Below, piece after piece: positions 24,037 through 35,847 of a stretch of 64,000 nucleotides of DNA; the first letter of the stretch is position 1, and every line of letters starts with the position of its first letter. Origin of the DNA: Marsupella aquatica. Taxonomy: Eukaryota > Plantae > Marchantiophyta. The stretch covers positions 15,506,816 through 15,570,815 of the forward strand of contig OZ316895.1 of the NCBI GenBank assembly GCA_973895155.1, in the 5' to 3' direction. The translations under genes and the position numbers were made by a program. The notes beneath the pieces were generated by a model, which did not search any database, was not told the origin of the DNA, and worked only from the letters and a program-made list of their open reading frames with translations.

Positions 24037-27000
24037 GCTTATTTTAGGGACATGTATTATTTATATGTTCCTTCATGCTTTGTGAACAAATATTTTATAA
24101 GTTAGGGTTTACACCCTAAACCTATGATGTTCTTTCACATTGTATGTTAATAATATGTGTCGATATTGTTTTTGTCTTATGAGGGATTTAATTTGGAGTT
24201 TGATTGTGAATGCTTTATTGTATTGTCCATAGAATGTGCGACCTAGTCAAGATATGTTGCCAAGGAGGTTGAGAGCTACATATGAAGAAATGGGCATGCC
24301 ACAAGACGGAGTCACATCATCAACAGATTCTTCATCCAATGACAGTGACAATGAGGGTTTGGATGAAGGGGCACCTAGGACAGATTTTGAGGTCATGCAG
24401 GACCAGGAGACAGCCATGGATGACTTCATGACAGATTGGTTTGGTGTGGACGCCCGTGTGGACGTTGATGGTGAAGGACGTGGACCACCCAATGAAGGAG
24501 CTCCTCCACCAAATGCTGCACATGACCCCCGACCTCAACATACACCAGAAGGTCAACAACAATGGGAAGAAGCGGAGGCACATGCTAGAACACCTATTTA
24601 TGGTGGTGCTCGTTTGAATAGACTCTCTGCCATCTTGGCATTGATGAATCTTCAGGCAAAACACAAGGCAAGCAATGCCCTTCTATCGGATTTGTTTGCA
24701 ATTTGCCATGACCTCATGTTACCTAGTGACAATGTATTGCCAGGAACTTGGAAGGAGGCAAAGAGAGTTCTATCATCCATTGGTATGGAATATCATATCA
24801 TTCATGCTTGTGTGAATGACTGCATCCTATATCATGAGACCAATGCCAACATAACTGAGTGTCCAATTTGTCATGAGCCTCGATATGACAACAACATGTT
24901 GACGGAAAAGGTGCCCAGGAAAGTTGTCCGTTGGTTTCCCATTATTCCTCGATTGTTGCATATGGATCGATGTTCTGACTTGGCAGAATTGATGGTATGG
25001 CATAAGACACATCAATCAGAGGCCGGTGTCATGCGGTTGCCAGTTGACTCCCCTACTCACAAGCATGTGGAGGCACAATGGCCAGAGTTTGCACATGACC
25101 CTCGTCATGTGAGGTTGGGGTTGGCATCGGATGGGATCAGCCCACACTCCCTTGGTGAAAAAGGACGCCCAACATCAGTTTGGCCGGTGATTGTTATGAA
25201 TTACAATCTTCCACCATGGTTGTCCATGGAAAAGGGCTTCTTGTTGCTATCATTGATTATCCCAGGTCCATCTAAGGTAAAAAACATAGACACCTATTTG
25301 GCACTATTGGTTGGGGAACTCCAAAAATTATGGGACGGTGTGTGGGCCTATATGGTCAAAAAACTACAGGGAGATTATCACGTGTCTTCAAATTGAAGGG
25401 AATCAATATGTGGACCATGCATGACTATCCTGGTAAGGGGTATGGATTGGTGTTTTTTTTATGTATTATAGAGTTTGTTTTAAAAGAAGTCCCTCATATT
25501 TATGTATGTACATGAACTTTTTAAATCCTTTGACTCTAATTGAGAAAGTTATTTTGGTTTGGGTTTGTTGTAGGGTTTGGGTTTGTTTCAGGGTTACAAA
25601 CTCAAGGGTATAAGGCATGCTCCACTTGTGGTCCAAGCCTTGAAGATATGGCCAAGTACTCAAGATGGCTTCGCAAGATAATCTACCTTGGGCATACCAA
25701 GTTTCTTCCACTTGGACATGAGATGAGGTCTGACCCCCTTCTATTTTCAGACTTTGACATGATCAATGATGATGAGCGTGACATACCTGAGCGTACATCC
25801 TTTGCACATTGGAAATCCATAGCTGATAGGGTGGCAGACCCTAACGACCCCATGACATTTGATGGAAGTGGGTTGACGAGGTGGAGTATACTAGCCACAT
25901 TGCCGTATTGGCTAGAGTTGAAGATTCATCATTTGTTAGACCCCATGCATATAGAGGGAAACGTTGGGAAGGCTTTGATCAAGCATTTTTATGGAGAAAA
26001 GGACCATAATTTTAGGGAGGCATGCCAGGATCTAGAACGACATCCAGATGTATGGATAACAGTTGATGCATCAACAGGGATGGAACACCGTCCTTCAGTT
26101 CCTTGGGTTTTGAGTGTTGGTGAAAGAAGAGAGTTTCGACAACGCATAGGTCAGATGCGGTTTCCTACAGGCTATGGCGCCAATCTTCGGAAAGCTTTTG
26201 GTATGGAGGACAGTCATAAGTGGCCAATGTATTTGAAGACACATGACTATCACCGTTTACTACAACATATACTTCCTGTGGCAATCATAGGCTTGGGCAG
26301 TGAAGAAGTGCAAGACGCCCTATGGTCATTGGGCACTTTGTTGAGATGGATATGCTCAAAGGAAATATATGAAGAAGAGATCCCACGGATCGAGGTATTG
26401 GCAGCAGAGGTAGTGTGCAAGTTAGAGAAGGCCCTCCCTCCTTCCTTCTTTGATTGTCAAGTACGTACATTTACTTGTTCATCTTGTGAGGGAGGTTGCC
26501 ATTGCTAGTCCAGTGCATTGTCGTTGGATGTATTGGTTGGAAAGGTATATGGCTGTGTTAAAGGCTTATGTACGGAATCGTGCACGAGTGGAGGGGAGCA
26601 TGGCAACAGGATACTTGACAGCTGAGAGTATGTTCTATTGCAGCAACATCTTAGCTATCATTGATCCTAGTTGTCCACGCAGTTGGATGGAAGAGAGAGA
26701 AATGGAGGAGGATCGTTTAACACGAGCCAAAAAAACACGCTTACTGACCGGAGTGGAGTTGACACAGATGACTACTTTCATGTTGAGTAATAGTACTATG
26801 ATGGAAGAATGGAGAGAGTTTTATGAGGATGCAAAGAGGGAGAGTCGTCGTCCAAGGATTTTTCCAAAGTTCCTTGAGTATATGAGGGAGAAAGTACTTC
26901 AGTTGGATGCTATGGTGGCCCAAGGTGAGAGTGTATCACATTTTCCAGATATGACTCCTGAGGTTCAAACAATTGTTCATGGCCCTTTGAGACTTGTTCA

Positions 27001-27526
27001 GACCAGAACAACATTGTGGACACAAGGGAGACATTTCAGGATTTCTGACCTTGATGAGAAGAGGGGTAGAACTTTTGACTGTGAAGTTCAAGGGCAGTTC
27101 ATGCAGGATTCACAAAGTAGCCGCCATGACACCAATGTCATCCGAGATGTGGTGCCTCACTATGGGAAGATAGAGGAGATCTTGATTGTATCCTATGACG
27201 CGGATACAAAATTTGAAGAGTATGTCTTCAAGTGTAAGTGGTTCAAAATTCACTTGGCTGGTGAGAATCGCACAGTACTTCTTGATGATTGTGGGTTTAC
27301 TCGACTGAAGACATCAGCAACTAGCTTTCAACCATCTCATTGGCAAACATCTGAACCGTTTACATTCCCAAGTCACCTTGAGCAGTGTTTCTATATTCCA
27401 TACCCACCAGACCCAGAGGAGTGGTCAGTTGTTATACCGTATGTGCCATGATCTCGTTCCATTATCTCAAAAAAACCTGAAGTTATTATTGTGTCAAACG
27501 GAGGAGAGGATGAGGACCAAGTTTGA
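22887..27526 (+). pseudogene. TnpD (Tnp2/Transposase_21) transposase of CACTA-1
   Basis: Exon 1 has CSCKKC..H (transposase-associated domain); exons from 24233 and 25574. Motifs IHACVNDC, RLGLASDG, YNLPPW, HDYP, LDPMHIEGN, MYWLERYM. Frameshifts near 25350 and 26461; stop at 27449. Confidence 0.93.
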
Positions 27527-28283
27527 TGCATCACTAGTAGTAAAACTTGTTGTGAGCGTATAATTGTGGTTATATTAACTATCATGGTTTTATTTATATT
27601 TACCTATTTATTTTCTTCTTTTGTCTTACAAACACTTGGACTTTGAAATTTCATTTTACTGCTATACATGCAACCCTAGCCACTAGAAAAGTTATCCTCA
27701 TGCATGCCACCTTTTTTAAATCCCTAGCTTATAACCTAAACACATGCATTCTCCATCTTCTAAAGTATTCTCTCAAAAATTTCCATTCTGAAAACTTTGC
27801 AAACAACTCTCTTTGTGAAACATTTTTTGAACCAGACAGGAAGGAATTTCTGAACCTCTTGTGAATCCAATTCCATCGGTACTTGTGATACAAATACATT
27901 CTCAAACTTGCGACCAAATTGGCTTCGGTACTTTGCGACCCACCATTCTTCACAACACTTTCCGAACATAATAGGTTCACAAACTATTTGTGATAGTATT
28001 AGTCTCGCTAAATTATGAACCAAAATGTATCCGAATACGGTCGCGATGGTCGCGGACTCACAAAGTTGTTGCAAGACAACTAGTATCTAAACGTGTTGCG
28101 AAGTCAATAACATCAAAAATTAATTGCGATGTATGTAGCTTCGCAACGTGAATGTGCGATGGTAAGAGCATGGGATATTGTGATGCGTGTTGCATCACAA
28201 AATATCTGAAGGTTTTAACATCGCAAGGCCTTTTCAACGTCAAAAAACACCTTCGCAAAAGGGGCCGATATGTAGTAGTGTTT

Positions 28284-28577
28284 GTTGTGCAAGTCGGGGA
28301 TTACGTTATTTTGGTGAATGAAGATTGCGGGTTGCAACTACTGGGGATGTCGGGAGAAGCCTTTAAGAAGCTATGGGAGAGTAGCCCAGAGAAGGTGCAA
28401 GAAGTCTGTGGGCAGGTGCAGAGTGAATTGTGGACCATCACGTGTGTGGCAAAGTTAGGCCGTAGTGATGACCTTCGAGCAGTGAGTATTGTTAAGGCTC
28501 GTGGGCATCTACAGGTAGATGAAGCTACTCGCGCTATAATAAATCATTCGGACAGAGATGAATTTAAGCCCAATTGA
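28284..28577 (+). pseudogene. RPA70-C-like gene, 3' part
   Basis: VVQVGDYVILVNEDCGLQLLGMSGEAFKKL resembles the RPA1 DBD-C signature; in frame with 17932-18183. Confidence 0.65.
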
Positions 28578-29554
28578 TGTTAGTAAGACTAAGATCAGTA
28601 CCTCACCCAATTTTGGTGATTGTCTTGATACCACCAAAGATGGTGGAGCAACATCATTTTAGAGACTTCAGCGTGCTATTTTGGACTTTTCTGGAGACCT
28701 CGTCATGTCTTTGAATTAAGTCTTTTCGTATTTCGGAGGAGTAATTAGAGTGCTATAGTATGTAGCAGACTGTTGTATTCCAGTGATGGTATGAAATCCA
28801 CACTGAAAGGGATGTTGTTTCAAGCTCGAACTCTATACAGTAAAGTACTTGATCAATACAGTGTTGTTGTCTCAACACAAGCTTAGACTATATATGTGTT
28901 GAGTCCTCAATTCTTGTCTATGGATGCGCCTTTGATCAATATGTTACTTCAGTTGTACCTTTCTGACACTTAAGTCTCTGGGCATGAAGACCACAACTGT
29001 TCAAGAGAAGCTTGGAAGTTCCTTCAATAGGTGGTCTAGATGATATATTTTAGTTGAGGTATATCTTTGCACTAAATCCTCGAGGAGACAAATGGGCACC
29101 AGAGGTTTTGTAACTTGGAAGGCAGCTATACGGTGGGAAGAAGTTGGCTGGAAGTGACAAGTGTGGATTGGTATATACTTGCAAAAATCTTGAATGTACA
29201 AAAATAGCGCCCTACAATTAGGTGTGTAATCCAAGGGATTATTTTGAGTTGATACTTTTGTAGAGTACACCTGACAACAGAAAGTTTGAGACCACAAATG
29301 GATGTCCCGTACTATTGTCATCAAGTGTGACTAAACAGAGACTTAATAACCGTTTCTATCTGAACAATTGCTTTGTGCATGATTCAGATATGCTTACAGA
29401 AAGGTACAACCACACGCAAGGAAATCAAGGCACATCATGTCCACAAGGCCCTTGAAGAAATGAGAAGGAAAAATTCCTTAAGTGATGAAATGCAGATCCA
29501 TTAACATGAAATATTACAAACATGATTATCTTGTGAGCCAAGTGCCAAAAGTGG

Positions 29555-29666
29555 CACTCGGTCTACCATCTAGAGTATGTCACTCAGTCTCTACCATCTA
29601 GAGTATGTCACTCAGTCTCTACCATCTAGAGTATGTCACTCAGTCTCTACCATCTAGAGTATGTCA
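29555..29666. repeat. 28-bp tandem repeat x4
   Basis: CACTCAGTCTCTACCATCTAGAGTATGT. Confidence 0.95.
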
Positions 29667-29959
29667 TCCAGAGTGTCCCTTAGTCTACATGATGTAGTCC
29701 TGCCCGAAGTATCTTGAAGGTTTAGTCTGTGTTCAAAACGCAAAACACCAGTACAAATTGTATAAGTACCTGATTGCAAATTTACAAAGGCCCAACCACC
29801 TAAAAAAATAGAACGCATTCATACAAGCAGCTCAAAGAATTCTCATATAAGCATTGTCGCTAGTTATCTGGCCACATATATCTCCCAGACCCTTAATACA
29901 CAAGGACACAGTCTAGTTTATACATTGGGAGAGTCCTATGTGAAGTCCATGTAAAAGGA

Positions 29960-30330
29960 TATAGGACATGTATGGTCCTTTCTGCGGTTAAGGACTGTGT
30001 CATTAACTAAGGAACTAGTCCTTTACCATGACTTGCACCAAGGACATAGTCCTTGAATATGTCTTGCACCAAGGACATAGTCCTTGAATATGTCCTTAGT
30101 CAAGGACATAGTCCTTGAATGTGTCCTTCACGAAGGACATAGTCCTTCACAAATCCTTTTTAGTCCTTTTGAAAGGACATGGTCCTTTGCATGGTCCTTT
30201 CCAATATGACTCTGTCCTTGTCCAAGGACACAGTCCTAGTCCTTGTAAAATGACCAAGTCCTAGACATGCAATCAAACCAAAAGGAGTCGCTATGTAGAG
30301 GAGTCCTTACTAACAGCAAGGACACCTTGG
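29960..30330. repeat. AAGGAC(ATA)GTCCTT quasi-palindromic array
   Basis: ~31-bp units CAAGGACATAGTCCTTGAATATGTC...; same core as 17437-17840 and the Sola2 ends. Confidence 0.85.
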
Positions 30331-30514
30331 ACATGTCTTTACATAAGAACATAATCCTTACACATGGACGCACTAAGGATGGGTTACGGGCAAAGCTCAA
30401 TGACATTGTATTGCACTGTATGGTTAAGCTAGTGCATGAAAGTGTTGATGTAGATTGCAAGGAAAGTAGGAAGTTGGGCAATTCAGAAATTTACCTCAAT
30501 AGACGATTCTCTCA

Positions 30515-31130
30515 TCACCGCAAAGAATCTGTAATTGCTGCAAGTGTGTCTTTGTCCAATTTGAACTTTCTGCTACCACCCTTCCGTCCTGAAGTATCAC
30601 ATGGGCTTAGCCCAAATCAAATGTGAATTACTGACTTTGCAAGACTAAAACTTGGTGGTGATTTGTCTAAATAGACATATGTGTGGCACGATCCTGGAAC
30701 TGGTTGCATCCATCTGCCCTTCAATACCAGTTCACCCTGCTGAAGTTCCTGCTCGTATCCATCCACAAATGTCTCTGTGACATCATGTAGGACCTCCTCG
30801 CATTGCAAAATGTAAAAGTCTACATCCCAACGATTTGGGCGCTCTGCTTCCACTGCATAGAAATCACCCAACTGCACCAACTCTGCCAAAGACCCAGAGT
30901 CCCCTTCCAATAGTCCTTCACCAACTCCCATTTCTTCAAGGTTTGCTTTGACATCAATAGGGAGAATCCCTTTCACCATCTCAAGCTTATACAGTCCTAC
31001 AAGATCTCAATTCTCACATTTTTGTGGTTCTTCATCAAGATAGTAAGCACAAAAACAGCATAGTTCCCTCACTTGCAACAGAGTTGAAAGTCGGTTACTA
31101 AATCCATCAAAACAATGCATTGCTCTACAT
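30515..31130 (-). pseudogene. Sola2-like transposase, C-terminal part (downstream of the CACTA-2 insertion)
   Basis: Joins 49207+ in frame as AIPGC|RAMHCF...RELCCFC; premature stops. Confidence 0.85.
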
Positions 31131-31985
31131 CACTAGAAGAATCCGAGGTGAACTGAGACCGCAATATATGACTCATTTTGGCTCATGTGACTTCATTGTG
31201 ACTCAACGTGACTTGACCCACGCTATGACCCTTGGAGTTGCAAAAGTTGAGACCAAAAAATGGAAGTCACTATTGATACTGGGCTTTGCAACTTGCTTGA
31301 TACCCATTTGTGACTGATCTGTGACTTTATTGTGGAGTCTAGCCTTGTTTCGACGTGACTGCAATATGACTTCAGCGAGTCACATCGTAAGTCACATACA
31401 TGACTTACCCGCATTCAACAACGACTAGTGTGTGACTATTTAGTGTCACAGGAGAGACCAATGGAGACCCTGGCCCGCGTCACACAACAGAACCATTTGG
31501 GACTCTATATACTCATGTTTATAACTAATAAGGTTCACATGCAAGTTATAACCATGACTAATGAACACAGAGGGACAATTCATAAGGAGAGAGAGCACTC
31601 GACATTACAATACATAGAAACCTGATGTTCTAACTTTAGAAATATAACACATTGAATACAAGAAATGAACATAGCATGAATGACATCCACATGAAACAAA
31701 GCATCATATAAGCAAATCCTACATAAAACATTCATAAGAATTAAACACAATCACAATCTTGCTAAAAAATGAAGATCATTTGAATTCCAATGGAATAGTT
31801 TACAATGTGATCAATGTAATTTAGACAAAACAGGAACTCATAATTGATGACTGTAGGATGAGATAACTGAAAGCACATGCATGATACTATGAATCTCCAA
31901 GAGGACATGATTCTTGTACTGCTTCTTGACATCTAAAATCTATATAACATGACTCACACTACAAACAAATAATGGCATGACATTG

Positions 31986-34900
31986 TTATGGATCCTCTAT
32001 GAACTTGCTTGGCCATAATACCAAAGAACCTGCAGCATCTCCAAGTGTCTTTTGAGGAGGATCATCATTTGTGTTTGGAATGGGAAGGACAGCTTTAGGT
32101 TTCACTAGTAATGTGACTAACACTACTGAATAACCTGGGGGAATCCTCTTGCCATGGAACGTTGTGGAACCAACCTGCACTCTGGCAAATCCTACTCGTG
32201 TTCCACTCTCATCAACAGCTAACAAGCCACTTTGTCCCTCAGCATTAGGTGCTTTCCCCACTTCCACCTTAGATCTTTCTGCCAGCACTGTTCTTGGAGG
32301 TTTGTATGAAACCTTTGACGTGGCTCTGCTCCCACCAGCAGACTTGCTTCGTGTGCGCATGCTTCCTCTCTTCACAGTAGTGAAGCTAGGCTCAGTAGGT
32401 TCCTCTGTTAGGACTGTCACAGTAGCAGGTTCATCACCTGGGAGTGTCATACCAACTAACTCTTTGGTTGGATTTATCTCAACAAGAGGCACACCTGTCA
32501 TTGAGAATGATACATTCTGCAAATCATTTATCTCTGCAATGGAGTCAAGATCTACATAGCATGAATCTGGCTCAATGGTATCATTGTCATGCTTGCTGAT
32601 ATCCTCATTTGCCCCAACATTGATATCATCCACTCCCTTGCCAATGTCATCCTCATCCAAACATGGTTGACTGCCCTCTGTCAAACAAGTTGCTTGTACA
32701 GATTGCAACTTTGTTGCCTCTAAATTACAGCGAGTATTTGCCAGGTTCTCATACTTCTTCTCTGTAGCACCTGTCTTATTCTCTATGGACACAACAACCA
32801 CAATATATGTTACTGAAAATAACACATTCAACAAACAATGTCAATTCAAACTATACATTTAATAATCATATCCCACACAGTTGTAAAGGCCTTACCTTCA
32901 AGCCTACATGTCGTTGGCATGCCAGAAGAGTGCATCGACTTTGCCACCTCAAGTGGTGATGGTGGAACTCCTGCAGAATTGGAATCAATTTTATCTCTCA
33001 CCGACACAACAGCTTCCATTAATGTCTTGAAGTTCACATGGAACAAGTCAGTCAATGAATTCAAACGTTCATTGATCTCTGGAAGACATGTTTCGACAGC
33101 CTTCAAATGACCACTTATCTCTGTAAGTGAAGATCCACCTCCCTACATGACACAGGGGTATAGGTTCAATCACTCCATATGAAATGTTGGGCAATATATG
33201 CACAATCAATGTTATATACAGTGTACACCTGAAATTCAACGCAGGTCATTCAATTACCAATCAGAACTCATATAACTTACATGCTTGGAGGATTCAGATG
33301 CACCCTCTTGAGCCCGGGTGTTCACAATTTCAGCCCTCAACTCTTCTTTTGAAGGGCTTTGCCCCAATTGGGCTTTCTGCACATGCATGGCAAACACAAG
33401 TTATCGATCAATATTCAGGGAACGTACACTAAAAAACAAAGTTTACATGTATGGGTTTACACTAAAAAATAGTACATAGTGTAGCATAAATTACATAGCT
33501 AGGCCATTCATTCTTACCAAACGTTTAGCTGTCGGTGCAGTGCCGGTCCTTCCTGTCAGATTAGGGTTCTGAACACTCAACCTGGCCTCGGTCATCTGTG
33601 AACTCTTCTTTTTTGAAGCATCTGTTACAAAATAAGCTACTAACCTTGCCCACACTTTATCATCACAACTGGCTGGTGGAGGCATATCTGGCTTCTCCCC
33701 ATCTTCCTTCCAAGCCTTATGCATTCTCCACCTCTCTTGCTTGATAATTTTACCTGCTGTACTCTCTAGGCAACCTATGTCCACGCCATCATCACTGCCC
33801 ACATAATTCCATTTGGCAGCAACATTTTCACATACAGTCTTCCAATCTTTTGGATGCTGTTTTTTAAAATTAATAACACTCACATCTAACCAACGCAATA
33901 CTTCAGCTTTCAAATCAGCATGCCATCGGTTCTTGCGAGGACACTCAGCATCCACCCATTGTCTCTCATTCAACTTTACGTTCCCTTTCTTTGTCACCTC
34001 CCCTCGTGCACTGCTCTCGGTAGTACTGGGCGTTGTATTGGCCACCCCTTCATTCACCCTACCTGGGGTTCTGAAGCCACCTGGGAAAATACAATGCCAT
34101 TCATGCTTGAGAACTACATATAGCAGAATGGATGACGGCAACATTCAATGCTTCACTTCAAGAAAAATTCTTCAAACATACATACCTGTAGCTCTGCCTG
34201 TAGATGCCTGTGCAGGGACTGCACTCTGAAATTGTTGCGACCCTGGACCACCTGTTAGCCTAGTACAGGGGCCGGATGATGTCACTTTCTAGGTATGTGT
34301 GTGCAAACATATGTACTGAAAACTAAGTACAAACTGTAGGAAAACAACTGAACATTCACCGACATACCTATCCCCCTTCCGTGCTGCATCTACATAGGGG
34401 CATTAGTGAATACTTGAGTCGATGGTTCGACTGTCCAACCTGCACACATACATTTTCTATCATTATACATGTGCAGAGTCCCCCCCACGTGAATGGACTC
34501 CACATATAATGAGTTCTTCCATTGCTGACAAGATCAGACATTACCTGCTCCTCTTCCAGCGTTTGTAGGTACTGAATTTTGATATCCCTGCCAATTACCT
34601 TCACCACCTTCCCAACCTTGTTCATTCCACGACCCACCACCATCCTCCCAACCTGGTTCAACCCATGTCTGTCCTTGTGGACATTGGAACTGATCATTAC
34701 TAGCATTTGCCCAATCAGGTTGGGCAGAATCTGCATGCAATGGCAGGTGGACAGAATTTCATGTTGTCTGAATCCAATACATCCCAAACAATGTCAAAAA
34801 TTGATATGCAGTCTGAAATTCAGGAGTGCCATGCCTTCACAAAGAACTGGCATATAGATATATACTCACATCCCCATGGTTGAGGTGGACGTCCATACCC

Positions 34901-35691
34901 ACGAGATTGTGGGTTTGGACCTGCTCTGCCTCTACCACGGGCATAACCTAGAGCTTGCCCCCTGCCATAGTATTGGGCACCAGCCTGGGATCTACCACTA
35001 CTACCACCTCGCCAACCTTGATCAGAGGTCAGCCCCCCCTGCTGGTATGGTGCATGCACAGGCTTCGAAGGCAAAACAGAACTGGCAGGACGCTGCATCA
35101 CATCACCAACTACAATGTCAGGAACTAAGCAAGGTACATATGTGTAGTACTGAACATATGAAACCTCTAAACAAGAGTTTTTAACTCAAAACCTTGTTGG
35201 GAAAACTACTTACATGTTTCTTTTGGGGCTGCTCTGCAATGTATTCATCTTCATAACCCCCATCCTCATCCATTTCCTCTGGAAAATACTCATCATCTGC
35301 ATCTTCTTGTCTAGTGTCTGCACCCACCTGTGCAACATCAATGTCATCTCCACATTCTGCCATTGTAGGTACGACCTTCTTGCTCAACCTGTCACTCCGA
35401 CGCACAGGCCCAGAGATAGTGCTGGTCACCCTTCTTGTGTACTCCTTTTGTTTCTTTGAAAATGCTGTGGCTCTGCGACATTCCAATATGAGAATACAGT
35501 CACAATTTCAGTGCCACATTGAACTATTCATGTCACACAAACTCAGCGGAGGGGTGTAGTTGAGAATCGTTCCCTTACAATTTAGCCACATCCTTTTCCA
35601 GATCCAGTTCTGCGATTTTGGCTTTCACGTATGCTCGTTGTTCCATAGCTTTCCTTTCATACTCACACATCTCTGTGTCACTCTGTTCCAT
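31986..35691 (-). CDS. TnpA-like multi-exon protein of CACTA-2 (exon boundaries only partly resolved)
   Basis: ORF pieces 35575-35691, 35181-35486, 34820-35101, 34534-34740, 33491-34144 (PPP..W..LV.YF...KS..AR, Transposase_24-like), 32846-33106 and 31986-32834 (FHGKRIP..LP.P..TLGDA.GS.VLWP, Tnp1-type C-terminus). Confidence 0.75.
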
Positions 35692-35847
35692 CCTACTGGA
35701 CCACAAAAACATGTCATCTATGGTCACCCCGTATAACACAATGCAACCACAATCACCAGGCATCCATCCATACATCTGTGTTGCTTCAGAATTACTTTAT
35801 TACACATCCTTCCCCTCACTAATGTCCATGCAAACAATTCACATTAC

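Larger units (their letters stand above)
18184..28280 (+). mobile_element. CACTA (En/Spm) transposon 1, 10,097 bp
   Basis: TIR CACTACTACA....GGCCCCTTTTGCGAA at both ends; 3-bp TSD TTT; dense TTGCGA/TCGCAA subterminal motifs; TnpD transposase. Confidence 0.96.

Noticed and set aside
17932-28577. Helitron suggested by the RPA-like gene
   Set aside because: No Rep/helicase in the window and no Helitron termini identified; the gene lies within the Sola2-type TIRs
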